NCBI RefSeq assembly: GCF_001194135.2
Contig: NC_068994.1
Location: 20,436,234 to 20,500,233, forward strand
DNA length: 64,000 nt
Direction of reading: 5' to 3'
From: Octopus bimaculoides
Taxonomy: Eukaryota
This document shows, one piece after another, positions 34,526 through 47,500 of the stretch. The translations under genes and the position numbers were made by a program. Position 1 is the stretch's first letter, and every line of letters starts with the position of its first letter. A model generated the notes under the pieces. The model searched no databases and was not told the origin of the DNA. It saw nothing but the letters and a program-made list of their open reading frames with translations.

Positions 34526-35205
34526 TTAACAAATGAAGATCCAGATCTTTTCAATCAGATTGTCTGTTAATAATTGAAAATAGGTTACCATGGATAAGAA
34601 ATTTAAAGTTCAAGCACTGAATTTTAATTTTAGCTTTTATTGTTTTCTTTTCTAAAACTACTTTTATTCTTATTAAAAATCCCTTTTTATCTTTTACTAA
34701 GAACATCTCATAATTCATTATAAAATGTGATATTTTTCAATTTAGCATTTTTATCATTTAATTAATTTAATATATAATTGGTTTTAAATGTTTTCTTTTG
34801 TGACAACAATATGGTTATTTGCATCATCAACTATACCCAAAACATCAAGATTGTTTCAGTCAGACCCAGAGCGTTTATTTAAATAACCCATAAGTTCTGA
34901 ACATACATGAATGACACATTACTGGTGGCCATTATATCCAATCAGGCGTTTTACCCATGTATAATATTTGACAATTAGCCTATCTGAACCAGGGATCTAT
35001 AAATGCAAACTAGTAAATTACCATTTCCATGAAGTCCTAAGCTTATATCCACAACCACTGATCTATTCAGACCACTTTGAGAAGCCCCCAACTAACACAC
35101 ACACAAATGGAAAAAAAAAGAGAATAATAAAGTAAACTCTTGAACAACTTCTTGGATAGTTATACAAAATTAACAACAATGACTATGCTTTGTGATAAAA
35201 GGTGA

Positions 35206-35211
35206 TTTATT
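35206..35211 (-). terminator. candidate SNRPG polyadenylation signal
   Basis: AATAAA on the minus strand about 135 nt after the stop. Confidence 0.4.
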
Positions 35212-35344
35212 TAAACCAAAATGTTTTTAAAAAAAAGAAAATGATAGATTTTTAAAATCTACATTCATACTTCACATTGTACACACACACATACATTCTA
35301 TTTCAACAATTAGATTTCATATACACAGACTGATGAAGTCAACT

Positions 35345-35398
35345 TCAGGAAACTCTGTCTAATGCCTCAAGTAGGACTATGCTGTTGCCACGAACTGC
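35345..35398 (-). CDS. SNRPG: SNRPG exon 4 ([17 protein letters not shown]-stop)
   Basis: ttttttgcag acceptor, 54 nt to TGA. Confidence 0.95.
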   Translation of the reverse strand, partial: AVRGNSIVLLEALDRVS

Positions 35399-35455
35399 CT
35401 GCAAAAAAGAAAGAAAAAGCACAATCATTTAAAAAAATGTACTTCTCAGAAATCA

Positions 35456-35513
<58 letters not shown>

Positions 35514-38500
35514 CTACTGGTTCAAAACAGCACACATTACTATATCTGAAAATAAGATGGTCACAGTTGGAAAACTATAAACCTGCCTGAACAGGACTGA
35601 TATGAAGCCAAACAATATCATCTGAGTTAGGAAGTGTTTGACCTTCAAGCAAAAGTGCCCCTCAAATGATAGTATAAATTTAACTTCATTTACCTAGGTG
35701 CAAGTCCTTCGCACGTTTTCATTTTACTTTCTAAATGCAGCAGCAAATATTAAAATAATTACTGATCGAAGTTTTATTTCATACTAACATAACTGACCAC
35801 AGCAGAATTTGAATTCAAAATGAAATAATCTTTTTTTTTCTTTTTCTAATGCATACTGAAGAGAAACTAAATCAACAATACAAAAGTTTTTTATTTATTT
35901 ATTACACACCAAGAAAAAAGTATAGTCAGCTAAATCTACCCCAGAACATATATATTGCTAATATTCAGAAAAGGTAAAAGGTTAAATTAGACCAACTTCA
36001 ATTTCAAAAAGACACCAAAATGGGCCTAACAAAGCCAAACTTAGTACATGAAGAGGAATGTATTAACACAATCAACCCTCTTAAATTGCTGGCATTTATG
36101 TTGATCCTGATTTTGATTTGGCTATTTCAGTTTTGCAGTCAGGGTTATCTTATACTCTTTGCTGTATAAATATAACTAAACATCAAGAGAGTAAAAATAA
36201 ATTAAACTAGTAACACCATGAGCATCTTCAACAACCCCAACATTGTGGCATTACAACAGTAAATGACATATCAACAAGCAAATATGCTTTAAAATCTACC
36301 ACCAAAAAAGATAAAATAGAATTTCAAAATGCATTTTCCATCTAAACCATAAACTCATACTTGAAGGGTCTTTACAGGACCACTTAACCCTTTAGTGTTC
36401 ACATTATTCTGCCAAAATTAATGCTTTTTCATCTACATTGTTTTGAACTAATCATACATTATCTTATAGGTATGAGATTTTGATGAGGTAGCTGTTAATT
36501 TTTAAAACAATATTGTAGGGTTGGTGTGAGATACCAGATCTGGCCAGTTTGAACATAAAACAGGCAGAATACTTTTGGCCGGTTTAAATGCTAAAGGGTT
36601 AAACTTTAAAAAAATAGTGGCTAAATCTCCTACAAATCACATTCTACAATTGCCTTAAAAAATGAAGGACACTTTGGGTAATGTACTCCTAGATACATTG
36701 TCTGCATAAAACAAACAAAAGAAAAAAAGAGACAACAGTCAGAACTTGGATCCCTTTGACACAAGAAGGCCTGGAGCTATTAAACCACAAATACCTTTTG
36801 AAAACATCTCCAGGCAATTAAAAGAACCAAAATTCACACATCTCTAAGGTTGCACTCAAATAGATAAGTCCAGAAAACCAAAGCCTGCATATTCAGTAAT
36901 AGATGTAGGAAATGAGCCCAATTTCCAGACTAGTTCACAAAAAAAATAAATCTGCAGGTTCTACATATATCCTCAAAATTTTTGTAGACAATTAACTTGA
37001 ATCCATATATCTCTTCCAGCCTCTGTACTCAGACACTGGGTCATTTATTCAAATTCAGCAAAATCCTCTAAGCACCATTCTAACACTTTTACATGTGAAG
37101 ACAGTATTATATACATCAACTTTTAAGATCCATGAATCCTTGAATAAAATGCCTCATGGTTTTGTCTGAATAACCTCTTTCTTTAACAATGCATGTAACC
37201 TCTAATATTATAATCACTTGTCAAGTCAAGTTACTATCATCATTTAAAGTCCATGTTCCATGGGTTAAGGACTGCACTGTGCTCCAGTGTCTACTCTGGC
37301 ATAGTTTCTATGGCTGGGTGCCCTTCCTAATACTAACCACTACAGCTTGTACTGGGAGCTTTTCTTGTGTCACTGATACTAGTGAGGTTGGCATACAGCT
37401 TGCAAGCCTATGAAATCCAAAAGGAAGAGCTTTATGCTAACAGACGAATGTTAAGGTATAAAAGCAGAAGGGAAAAGTAGGTTCTTACAGAGGAGCTACA
37501 TGGCTACTCACATTTAGGGGAGAGAAATAAATCAGTAGTGGCTGCAAAGAGATAAATAATGGTAATGAGGTGCCCATATGGTACCAGGTGAACAGAAGTG
37601 CAAACAGAAAAACCAGGAGTGAGTAGGAAGATAAGGAAAATGAAAGAGTGAAAGTAGGCAATTTAAGGATTGAAAGGAGGATGCAGAAGTGAGGATTATC
37701 AAGTGCCTGAATTGGGGTGGGGCAGAGGGATGCAAAAAAAGAAAGCAGCAACAGGATACATTCACAAATTAGAAATTACAGCCCAAAACAAGTAAAATTC
37801 TTTGGAAATAGTAATATGCTTAACTTTTTCTCCTTCCACATTTGAGCTCACCCTCCAGCAGTGAAGGCCATAAATACCAGAGTTTAATCAATAATACTAC
37901 TCTTGTGTCCTGGTACCAATTAATAAACCAGTATTATGCATCAAGGAAAATATAAATTAAGATATTTTATATACAACTAATAGAACCATACATACCACCA
38001 TTCCAATGGGGTTTTTTTCTCCATTTTTAGTTTCTTCGACACATTCATCAATCACCAAATTCATGAATGGATCAAAGCCACGCAAGATGCCACTTACAGT
38101 TCGGCCACCATTAAGCTTCACTGCAAAAAGAAAAATTAAAGAATTAAACTCAACAGTACAACAACAAAAAAAAAAAACCCAGCTTTCCTAACAGTCATTC
38201 TCCCTTTTTACATTCAAAGAAAGACAAATTCTTTAAATTGTTTCAGCTTTAAAGCTTCAGTCATGCTGGAGTACAAAATAAAACATTTTACAGGGTAATT
38301 CTCATCAATTGTTAAGTTAAGCAACAGATAACAGAACTATCTTGCACAACATGCTTTCATTTTCAACTGAAGATGATTCAACCATGAAACCAAAACTAGA
38401 CCTTTAATAATCCTGTCACCTACTACACCAGTTTCAGTCACAGCCCAAAACAATCAGAACTTACCTACTTTCAATTCTATCTGACCAGTAGAATACATTA

Positions 38501-41500
38501 ATTGTTACTGTCATTGAAAAGTCCCAGTCAGCAAGAGTGTCAGTAAAGAAAATGACTGATATTTTGGAAGCGTCTTCATACATCTATAGTATGTCCCATA
38601 AGCAACTTCTCTGACCTTGCCAGCTATTGCCAAAGCCACTNNNNNNNNNNNNNNNNNNNNNNNNNNNNNNNNNNNNNNNNNNNNNNNNNNNNNNNNNNNN
38701 NNNNNNNNNNNNNNNNNNNNNNNNNNNNNNNNNNNNNNNNNNNNNNNNNNNNNNNNNNNNNNNNNNNNNNNNNNNNNNNNNNNNNNNNNNNNNNNNNNNN
38801 NNNNNNNNNNNNNNNNNNNNNNNNNNNNNNNNNNNNNNNNNNNNNNNNNNNNNNNNNNNNNNNNNNNNNNNNNNNNNNNNNNNNNNNNNNNNNNNNNNNN
38901 NNNNNNNNNNNNNNNNNNNNNNNNNNNNNNNNNNNNNNNNNNNNNNNNNNNNNNNNNNNNNNNNNNNNNNNNNNNNNNNNNNNNNNNNNNNNNNNNNNNN
39001 NNNNNNNNNNNNNNNNNNNATAATACAACGGATATATAAGCATGTATACACACATATATGTACATACATCTGCATGTGTATATAGATGCATATTCAGGTA
39101 CAGGACGTTAGAAAAATGAACTACAGACAACGGAACGAACACATAGAAAAACAAATAGCCACTTGGATTAATTCTTCATCAGCTGCCTCTATTCTAAACT
39201 AGGCGTTTCGATATATATATACGTGTGTGTGTGTGTGTGTCTTATAATAACTCCAATGTATCCCAGAGTTCAGTTTTGTCTGCCACCACATTCAACAATA
39301 CCCACTATTACAAATATGACATTCTTCATTCCTACCTAACATTCTCTAGCCATGCATCATCCTAGAGCACACCTCAATCCGTAACCATGAACAGAGGACT
39401 CAAAACCTTTCACTTGTGAGAATATAAAAACAAACTATTCATCAACTAAACAACATTGCATTCTACTTAATCATGAGCTGAATTCAACTAGAGCTCTCAC
39501 AACAGCTCCAAGTATTGCTTCTGGGAAAAGCACATCCTCAAATAGAACATCCTGACAACTGGACCTTCTATTAAGGGTTAGAATTATCTTCTGGCCCTGA
39601 AGTATGCAATAGATACATTCTACAAAGCTCAGATGAAGCCCATAATAATGTATGGGCCTTATACAAGGATGGTGCTGCTGTAAATGCAGACATTCTAGAG
39701 TGCATTCCCCCAAAAAAGCCACCTGACTTATTGGCTGAAGTCATTTATAGACATGCTGTTTCCTTTCTCTGCTTTTTTTACTCCTAAAATAATGACCTCA
39801 GCTCCTTGGAAGTGACCAGGCTCACGCCATCTTCACTCATTACATTAACCTTATGGACTGACGCACCAGACTTTCACACCAATCCTCTAGAATCCCTCCC
39901 TCCTCCACTCATAATTCCCACAAGTGTTGACTTGCAAAGATTCAAGAAGAATATTGATGGCATCAAATTTCATTAATCCAGAAAGGCATGTGAAAGCTTT
40001 AGACACTGCTCCTTTCTCCAAAATGACAGCATAAGCACATTAGGATAAACCCAGTTAACATAAGATAGCTGCAAAATTTATAAGAGGTTTACAATAGATG
40101 CAAGAGCACTGTACATATTTATGTGTAATATTTCCAGTTACAATAGCAAAACATTTTAGGATGGTGGTGTATTATATTTATAATGTTACTAACATATTTA
40201 TGTTTACAAATATCACCTGAAAGTCTTCAACTATGCATACAGCCACTTGATATACTGAGCTGCTTTTAAAAAATATTGATTTTATTGCATAGATGTGTGA
40301 AAAATACAGAATGGTATAAAATCTATACAAAGGTGAAAGTACATATTGATCAATAAGTGATCATCTAGTCACATTCAACAATGGCTGCATCTCTTGTCTC
40401 CGGATTCCATGTAAACACTTCAGTTTTTCTTTTCACAAGGTTCCTTCTGCAGGTTTTTACACTTATTTTTCACATGCATCACACACTTTCATACCAGCAG
40501 TTATCTTTCTTACACACTAAAGCTTATATTTCAGTCTATTTATTCCCTAACCTCTCAGAACACTTGTAATCTATCACTCATGAACACTACCTTTACATAA
40601 TTCCAATATTTAGAAGTATTGTCTTGCTATCGTGCAATATCACAAGTCTATTTCAGATAATAATCTGCCTTTAACTTAGAGAGAAGCTCTTTATTGCAAA
40701 TAAGGCAATAATTTCCTGAACTTTTCCCCCACTCTGTCCTTATTTTGGCTATTATACTTTCACAAAACCCACCTCCACTGGATAACAGAAGCTGTCAACT
40801 ACTTTTAACAAACCACCCGAGCAGTTAAAAGACTATTTCATGGGTGGCCTCATTGCTAACTAGTCCTCTGCATCTATTAAATACAAAATTCTTCTGAGTG
40901 CAATTTTTTGGTGAGGATGAAGCACAGCTAGCTCACCTGAGCAGCGGATGATCAGGTCAGCTTTCTGAAATTGCTACAAATGGGTAGGTCATCTTACATC
41001 ACAGAACTCCCAAGAATCTTGATCCTTTTACAATTGTACTATGTCCATGACCTTCATGTAGAACAGTTCCTGATACTGTCCAATAAATCACCACCTATAA
41101 ACAAGGTCACAATCATTTGTTTTCTAGTTGTCAACCAGAAGCATTCTTAATAAGTCTTTTTGCTCAACTGGTTATAGAAAACTGTAGATATTATGTCTAC
41201 TTTAGTCTAAGATTAATTATTGCCACACACTCCAACTATTTCAATTACTGTATGTATGTGCGTGTGCGTGTGTATATATATATCCATTTCTCTACTAAAA
41301 TAATTAGCACCTATGAGAGGTCTGGCAAGCTTGTCTCCATCTCATTTCCTATATATATCTCATAACTACTTGTCATTCAAAGAGAGTTAGTGAGATTGCT
41401 AGATAGGTGCTCACATGTAGCTATTCCACTACAGTATGCTGCTTTCACAACATGTAAGTCATGTTGGTATAGTTAGTTTACTTTGTTTTTTTTGCAGCTG

Positions 41501-44500
41501 TGTGCCCTTTTTCTCACTAACCACTATATAGCATACACCGAGTACTTTTCTTTGTGCCACTGGCACTACACAAGTTCCCTAAACTAAAATATCTTCTCTA
41601 TGTTATATCAGTTTACTCTCCAAGACAAACCGCCCTGCTGCAGTTTTCAGAGTCCACATCCCTTCTGTGCGTCATGGATCAATAACATTTCACACACTTG
41701 GATTTGTTAGAACATACATCCTAGAGCAGTCACTTTTCTTACAGTTGAAAAACCATGTTTTCTCATGATAATGCTAAGGACGATCAATTTGATGGTGAAG
41801 GATGAGGGAAGTTAATAGCAGAGGCCTCAGGTGATTAAGGCTATCTCCATGACACGGAGTGATAAGGTTATTTCGATCTAAATGACCAAGCTTGGCTGTG
41901 AGAGATGGGTTAATTGAATCAAACTATGTATAGCCAAGTGTTGGGCTCAGTTATTCATAGTGAAAATAAATAAAGAGACTCTCCACGTGTAGAAATTCTT
42001 TTGAATAGTTAACAGTATTGGAGTATTTGTAGTGGCAGAGAAATCATTAAAGTAATTGAGGTAATGAGAGTATGTTAACACAAAAAGCCTAGACTTGTCA
42101 TAGTTAACAGTGACAATCATCTCTAGAGAGGCACCACAATCAGGACTGCAGGTGGCAAAAAGACTATTTGTAATTTTTTTTTTTCTACTTTAAATTTTTC
42201 TTGAGCCCTAGGATTCCCATAGAATGTAAGTGATCAAGATCCCAATATTCCCTGAGTTGGAAAGGGGATGAAGCAACATTCCAATCACATTTGGAAATTG
42301 GGAAGGAGAGGAGGTAACACATCAATCATATCGACCCCAGTACTTGTTTAGTACTTTATTCTATCTACCTCAAAGGAATGAAACGCAAACTTGACCTCAG
42401 CAAGATTTGAATTCAGTATGTAAAGAGCCAGAAGAAATGCAGCTAAGTATTTTGTCCAACATGTTGGGTGGTGCCATGATGGATATTCCAATGCAAAGGG
42501 ATTGAAGAGGGTCATGATTCTTCAAGTTGTGACACAGATGTTCTAATGATCTGCAATACCATATTTTCCAGCATATAAGTAGAATTTTTATGGTCAAAAG
42601 AGGTAAATTGACTTATACACCAAGACTACTCTGGAGGACCAAACATTCCATGCGAAATGCAGCAGAATTTGGAAAGAGAGTGATGATGTTTGAATGTTTA
42701 CATATCAATGTAGTATATACACTTCATTGACTTGCATACAGAAAAATATAAAAGGTCAGCTATCTGATCACCTACTAAACAGAACATGTAAGTTAAATAT
42801 ATATATATCACAATCACCGGGAAGCTGACATAAAACAGACAACTGGTTATGAATACTAAGACCTTCATCATTCAATATCAGCGACTTCAGGAGGAGAGAT
42901 CAATTAGATTCAGACAAGACAAACTGGAAAAAGAAGGGACAGTATCTAGAAAATCCTTCAGTCATATACAGATTCAAAAAAGTACAGGGGGATTGTCCAT
43001 GAGGAGAAGGTGATATTTTTTCACAAAGGACAAAATTTGAAATAAATAAAGAGCAACATGATGCAGTTGACAGAGCTATAAAAGTTTTTAAAAAACCCAA
43101 AAAGATTTGGAAAGAAAGAGATGAGTCATCATCATTTAATGTATGCTTTCCATGCTGGCATGGGTTGGCTGGTTTGACAGGAGCTGGCCAGGCCAGGAAC
43201 TGTATGAAGCTCCAGTCTGTTTTGGCATGGTTTCAACAGCTGGATGCCTTTCCTAATGCTAACCACTTTACAGAGTGTATTGAGTGCTTTTTACATTACA
43301 CCAGCACTAACAAAGTCACCAAAACGCAAGATAGAAGTGAAGCTAAACATCACTTACTGTTAGGAAAGCAAAAAAACTGAAAGTAAGTTTTACCCACAAA
43401 AAATAAAGGCAATTAAGACAGGGAAAACAACCATCATGGATATTCACAGAGATACTGAAAATAACTAGCAAAGTAGGACATGTATAGTTGCTTACAGAGA
43501 CTGTCAGCAAAGTGAGAGCAAGTCCGGCTTACAGGTAGGTGTCCATCAAGTATCAGTTCTCAGCCCCTCCTTATTTACTATAGTTCCTCAGGACATAACA
43601 GGGGTAAGACAATGTGCCCATAGGACATTCTGTCTACCAACAACTTTGTGTCTACAGCTGTATTGAAGAACTGGAGAAAAAATCCCAAATGTAGAGGCAA
43701 GTGTAGAACTGAAATCTTAAAATAAATTTAGCCAAGTCAAAGGTTTTAATAAGCAAGAAGGAAGTTCTGCAACCAGCTGAATAGTGGTTATACTTAATAT
43801 GCAGAAAAGAAGTAGGTAACAGTTCCTTATGGTGCATCCAATGTAAACTATGGACATACAAGAGGTGCAGTGAAGCCATGTGTGATGTTACATGGTAGTA
43901 AAATGTGAGCGGTGAATATGTAGATGTGTGCACACACACACACACATTCCTTTCTTTTTTATCAACTACTGGATAAAGCCTTAGCATGCTATTGTTGGCT
44001 TATCCAAGCTCGTTGTAGGTCAAACTGATCAATTGCAAACTGGATGGGAGGCTCATGATCTGACGATCAGCCTTAACTATCAGTGTATAGGCAGAATTGG
44101 AATTCAGAACAGATGCTGCAAGACAATTTGTCCAGCAACCTCACTAATATTTATACACAGACATTCAACAATGAAAATGTTGTTATTAATGATACATATG
44201 ATGTTAGCCAGCAGGAGCGAGTGCCTGTGTGTGTAAAAACTGACCTGAAACCTATGTTCTTACACATGTGGGGCACACATATATGGTGGTGATGGTGATT
44301 GCTGCTTTTCAGTAGCAGAGTTTTTTCCTATTCGTTTCATGTAGTGAGTATACTTGCATGGTTTTTATACTATTGGCTGGTGCTGAACCCTACAGTGCCT
44401 ATCAATGAAATATTTTGTCAGCTCCTCCTTTTAGACCTGGATTATCTCACACCAAGTGCATGTTCAAGTTGACCATTGTATCTCTTCTTTCGTTCCAACT

Positions 44501-47500
44501 GTCACCAGACTCCCATTTGCAGCTCATAATAATAATAAAATTGCCATAGGAAGGTACTTTTGTTCACAGTTGAATTTTCTCAGTGGTCACACTGTCTAGT
44601 CACTTCCGCCTTAATATGTGCCAGCTGTATTCTGTATATAGAGACCAGGTTTCACAGCAACAGAGACAAAAACATGCATCACTATTCCTTTGTTTACAAC
44701 CAATTTAATACCAACATAAATTTCTTGATTTGTCAAAGAGGTGTTCTGTATAGAGAACTACAAGTTGATTTTGCACAGTATGTTTTTATTTCTTTCTCTT
44801 ATGAGGTATTGTTTGAGGTGTAATTTCATAACATATGGATTGCAAGTCAGAGCCACTAATGAAGGTTAACAAGGCGACAGGCTGGACCCAAATATGATGT
44901 TGCATAACTACAGTTTTACTTGTATCAATCAATAGGTTATAACCATTGCTCTGTAAATTTTAGTTGCAAGTGCTTGTAGGATCTCTAAACAGGCAACACT
45001 ATCATAATCATTAAAGTAAAATAACTTGCATGCTGTCATCATTTTTGAATTTGAACTAAATTTCTGTTACTTGATATTGAACAGTTTACTGAAGATGATG
45101 GCTTATCGAGTTCTCATGAAAGTTTCCTTGAGATAAAGCAGAAAAAAAATGTTAGTGATAGGATACAACCCTGTTTCACTTCATTATTTGTTTGGAAATG
45201 ATCACTGCCTCTCTGATTCTGGAGGATAGAACTCCTGGCACCATGAGTTTTGGAGAAACACCCAATTGTCATAATCAAAGCCTGTAACACAACACAGATT
45301 ATCTCATGTCAGACAAGGAAAATAGTGCACTGTATATCACGTGAAAATTTTCCAAAATGGAGCCCAAATAGCAATTCAGCTAAGACGTTATGAGTACCAG
45401 TGATGATTAACGTCCTGGAAAATCTAATTCTGGTGAGCATATAACCACTTGCAGATAAGAAGGCTATTTTGTGAAAGTTTCCCTTTGATTATGCAGCACA
45501 TGAATATTGGCATCCTTGAATTCTGAGGTACAATTTCTTCTAACCATAATATAGTGACTAACACTGTTAAAATGCTAGCAAGTTCACAACCATAATTTTT
45601 GATCATTCAGTTGGGAAGTTGTCAGGGTTTGTTATTGATTGTTTCTGAGTTGATGAAGAACTCTTGGCATTGTTGTCATTTTTGTAATTGGTTTCTTTTC
45701 TGTCAGGTTAATAACTGTCAGTATTGCTCTTTCCATTATATAATTCTTGGAAATACTCTTGCCTGCCGCTTCCCAATCTTTATGCTCCAGATTAGGTTGC
45801 TGTACTTTCTTCTCTAGCTCATGTCTCCATTCTCTCTTTTCAATATGCCTACAGATCATTCTTTTCCCTCCTTTTGTTTATACAAACAATCACCAAACAC
45901 TGGTGCTGTGACATGCTACAAACAAAAAAACTGAACTGGTGTGAAGGCTTATTAACAGTACATGTCCTGTAATAAAAGCAGTGTTTAAGTGCAATTACTA
46001 ACTTATGACCTGTTATGGCATGTAAATGAAATTCATAAACTGTGTGCAGAGAATAGCTGTTAACTTGAACGCCATTAAACTGAAATGTATGAACTACTGA
46101 CTTGGTCAACTGAAGTAGTTGCTAAGTTTCATCATCCAGATCACAGTGTTGAACTTGTACTATTAAAAACATGAGTAAAAATCCTAATGTTATATGATAT
46201 TTTGTGTATGTGTGGATGTAATTAGTCTTAACAGACAAGCATCGTTGTCATAGTGAAATGCACCTAATTGCTGATGAAACTGAATAACCAAATAACTATG
46301 GATACTGAACACAATCTATTTGACTGGGAAGGGATTAACTCTGAACTGATACAAGACAGAAGAGGTTCTTTAAACTTGTTGCCAACAATTTTTCTTAGTA
46401 CCAGAGGCACAAAGACACCAGTGCACACTGGTAAGATATACACAAATACAAAGTTAGCCAGTTCCCTATACTGCCAGATAATGGGGGCCCACGATGAGTG
46501 ATAAAAACTACATACCCATGCCAACATGGTAGACAGACACAAATTGATTATGACAATGATCTGTGTTCTATAAAAAATATAGCCTGAAAATAGCAATACT
46601 CACAAGACAGCTTCCTTTCCATGTACCTGAAACATGAGAAAAAAAAAAATTTATTAATGGTACACAATATAGGACATAAAATTTTCAGTACCTTGAAATC
46701 AGTTTGATCTGGAAACCCGTATATAATTGACAAGTGTTTTGTGAACTTGTGCAATAATTGCGACACCAACAACATATACAAAGGATCATGATGTTACTCG
46801 TTTCATTTTCCAATGCAAGCAAAAGATTGGATTGATGGTGTATATTTTGGTTAGGTTATAAATTGAATAACCTAAATAGCACCCAATTTAGAAATTCTGT
46901 CCAGCATGCAACCAATTAAATCTTAGAAGCTGCATTACTAATTCATCTCTCTGAACTAAATGTTTAACTGTTCAGACTCCATGGAATATCTGATTAGTAT
47001 TCTTACCACGTAAACTTGATATTTTCTCTAGAATTTTGCCTATTTTGTAAGATTACAATGGATGTTCCTAATCTTTTGAACATGTTGAATCCTTCAGATC
47101 ACACCCATTACATCACTTCTCTAAAGTACATAAATGAGATAAAATTCCATGAAAATGAAAAACATTAAAAAGTTTTACTAATCATATACGTAACTGAAAT
47201 ATAACTTTTATAAAATGTTATGAAAGCAGGAGTCAAAATACTATCCTAAACTAGGAACTAGCTTTACTAGATTACTGAATTAACCCTTTTGTTACTAAAT
47301 TTCTCCTGAAATATTCTGCCTATGTTTCACTTAATTCTTAAAATAATGAAGAATTTATTAAAATAATTCTGTCATTATTAAGCTGGTGTTTGGGAAGTGA
47401 ATTAACATGAAGTTTTGATGGAAGATTTTAATTTAAATCATTTTAAAAGTGGAAGTTTGTATCAAAAGCATAATAATACAACCAACCAGGAAGCTGTTAT

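Noticed and set aside
39165-39212. CGAAAC and CTGATGA motifs on the minus strand in a Penelope-like fragment
   Set aside because: The motifs are in reversed order and I could not build stems I-III around them, so not called as a hammerhead.
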